Assembly: GCA_963667325.2 (NCBI GenBank) | Contig: CAXXKY010000006.1 | Location: forward strand, 49,666-113,665 | Length of the DNA: 64,000 bases | Origin: Dehalococcoidia bacterium | GTDB lineage: Bacteria; Chloroflexota; Dehalococcoidia; Lucifugimonadales; UBA3495 | Direction of reading: 5' to 3' | Part shown: piece after piece, positions 63,649-64,000 of the stretch | Position numbering within the stretch: the first letter of the stretch is position 1 | Layout: every line of letters begins with the position of its first letter | Notes under the pieces: model-generated | Told to the model about the DNA's origin: nothing | What the model saw: only the letters and a program-made list of their open reading frames with translations | The model's database searches: none | Program-made: the position numbers and the translations under genes

Positions 63649-63855
63649 TCAGAAATCCCTCCAGGCTATCCCCAAGTCCCGCAACATACTGTACAGTGTT
63701 TCTGGCTTAATCTCGCCGTGCTGCACCTGCGTTTCGCGATCTTCCACATAGACCGTCCCGTCGCTTCCCTTACCCTTGGCGGGATCGAAATAGAACTCCA
63801 AACCATCCCGCCTCGCGTACCGCCGTGCCCGCCGTACAAATACACGTCCGTTCAT
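63649..63855 (-). CDS. hicA: HicA-family toxin-like protein (conserved His replaced by Asp)
   Basis: The 68-aa ORF contains GKGSDGTVYVEDRETQVQHGEIKPETLYSMLRDLGI. This resembles the GKGSHxxLY...E-I-x-x-G-x-L...LGI class of HicA proteins. Confidence 0.6.
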   Translation of the reverse strand: MNGRVFVRRARRYARRDGLEFYFDPAKGKGSDGTVYVEDRETQVQHGEIKPETLYSMLRDLGIAWRDF

Positions 63856-63901
63856 CCCCTGCCAGCTTCACCGCCACCCGCGACCGCCAACCAGACCCCT
63901 C

Positions 63902-64000
63902 CTACTCCTCCAGCGTCGTGATGTCACCCGGGTCCAGGCCCAGCTCCTGCGCCTTCAGCAGCCGCCGCATGATCTTCCCCGACCGCGTCTTCGGCAGTGT
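63902..64000 (-). CDS. C-terminal end of an AMP-forming acyl/acetyl-CoA synthetase (5-prime part outside the window)
   Basis: Manual minus-strand translation gives [44 protein letters not shown] is the conserved A10 motif of acetyl-CoA synthetase-like enzymes. Confidence 0.7.
   Translation of the reverse strand, partial: TLPKTRSGKIMRRLLKAQELGLDPGDITTLEE

Overview
This is a gene-dense, high-GC (by eye about 60-65%) bacterial chromosomal window with about 60 protein genes and 2 tRNA genes. It has no rRNA, CRISPR array, transposase or integrase.

Core content:
- Four luciferase-like (LLM) flavin/F420 oxidoreductases, a flavin reductase and two SDRs.
- Two tandem family-5 ABC importer modules (SBP + 2 permeases, no ATPase genes).
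- A DUF1800/DUF1501 pair and an NHL propeller protein.
- pstCAB without pstS, and a distant phoU.
- Sulfite reductase + hemD.
- hemW + selB.
- A heterodimeric ABC exporter pair.
- Assorted hydrolases.

The lipoproteins with Ala/Pro/Thr linkers and the LLM enrichment suggest a Chloroflexota (SAR202-like) organism. That is inference only.

Most interesting observations:
1. A low-GC, translationally coupled ABC-type ATPase + PIN-like gene pair (54889-56348), which looks like an unnamed defence or abortive-infection module.
2. A hicA-hicB + HsdR-N-like nuclease operon (62262-63855).
3. An in-frame TGA in an ABC exporter with conserved downstream coding and a SECIS-like hairpin, in a window that also encodes SelB.
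4. Two separate single-gene insertions, each bracketed by a duplicated copy of the 3-prime end of the adjacent gene.
5. An attenuator-like leader upstream of sulfite reductase and a double-terminator leader upstream of pstC.
6. Several intergenic tandem repeats and a perfect CRP-type palindrome.

All functional calls come from reading the translations and motifs. No database search was run.
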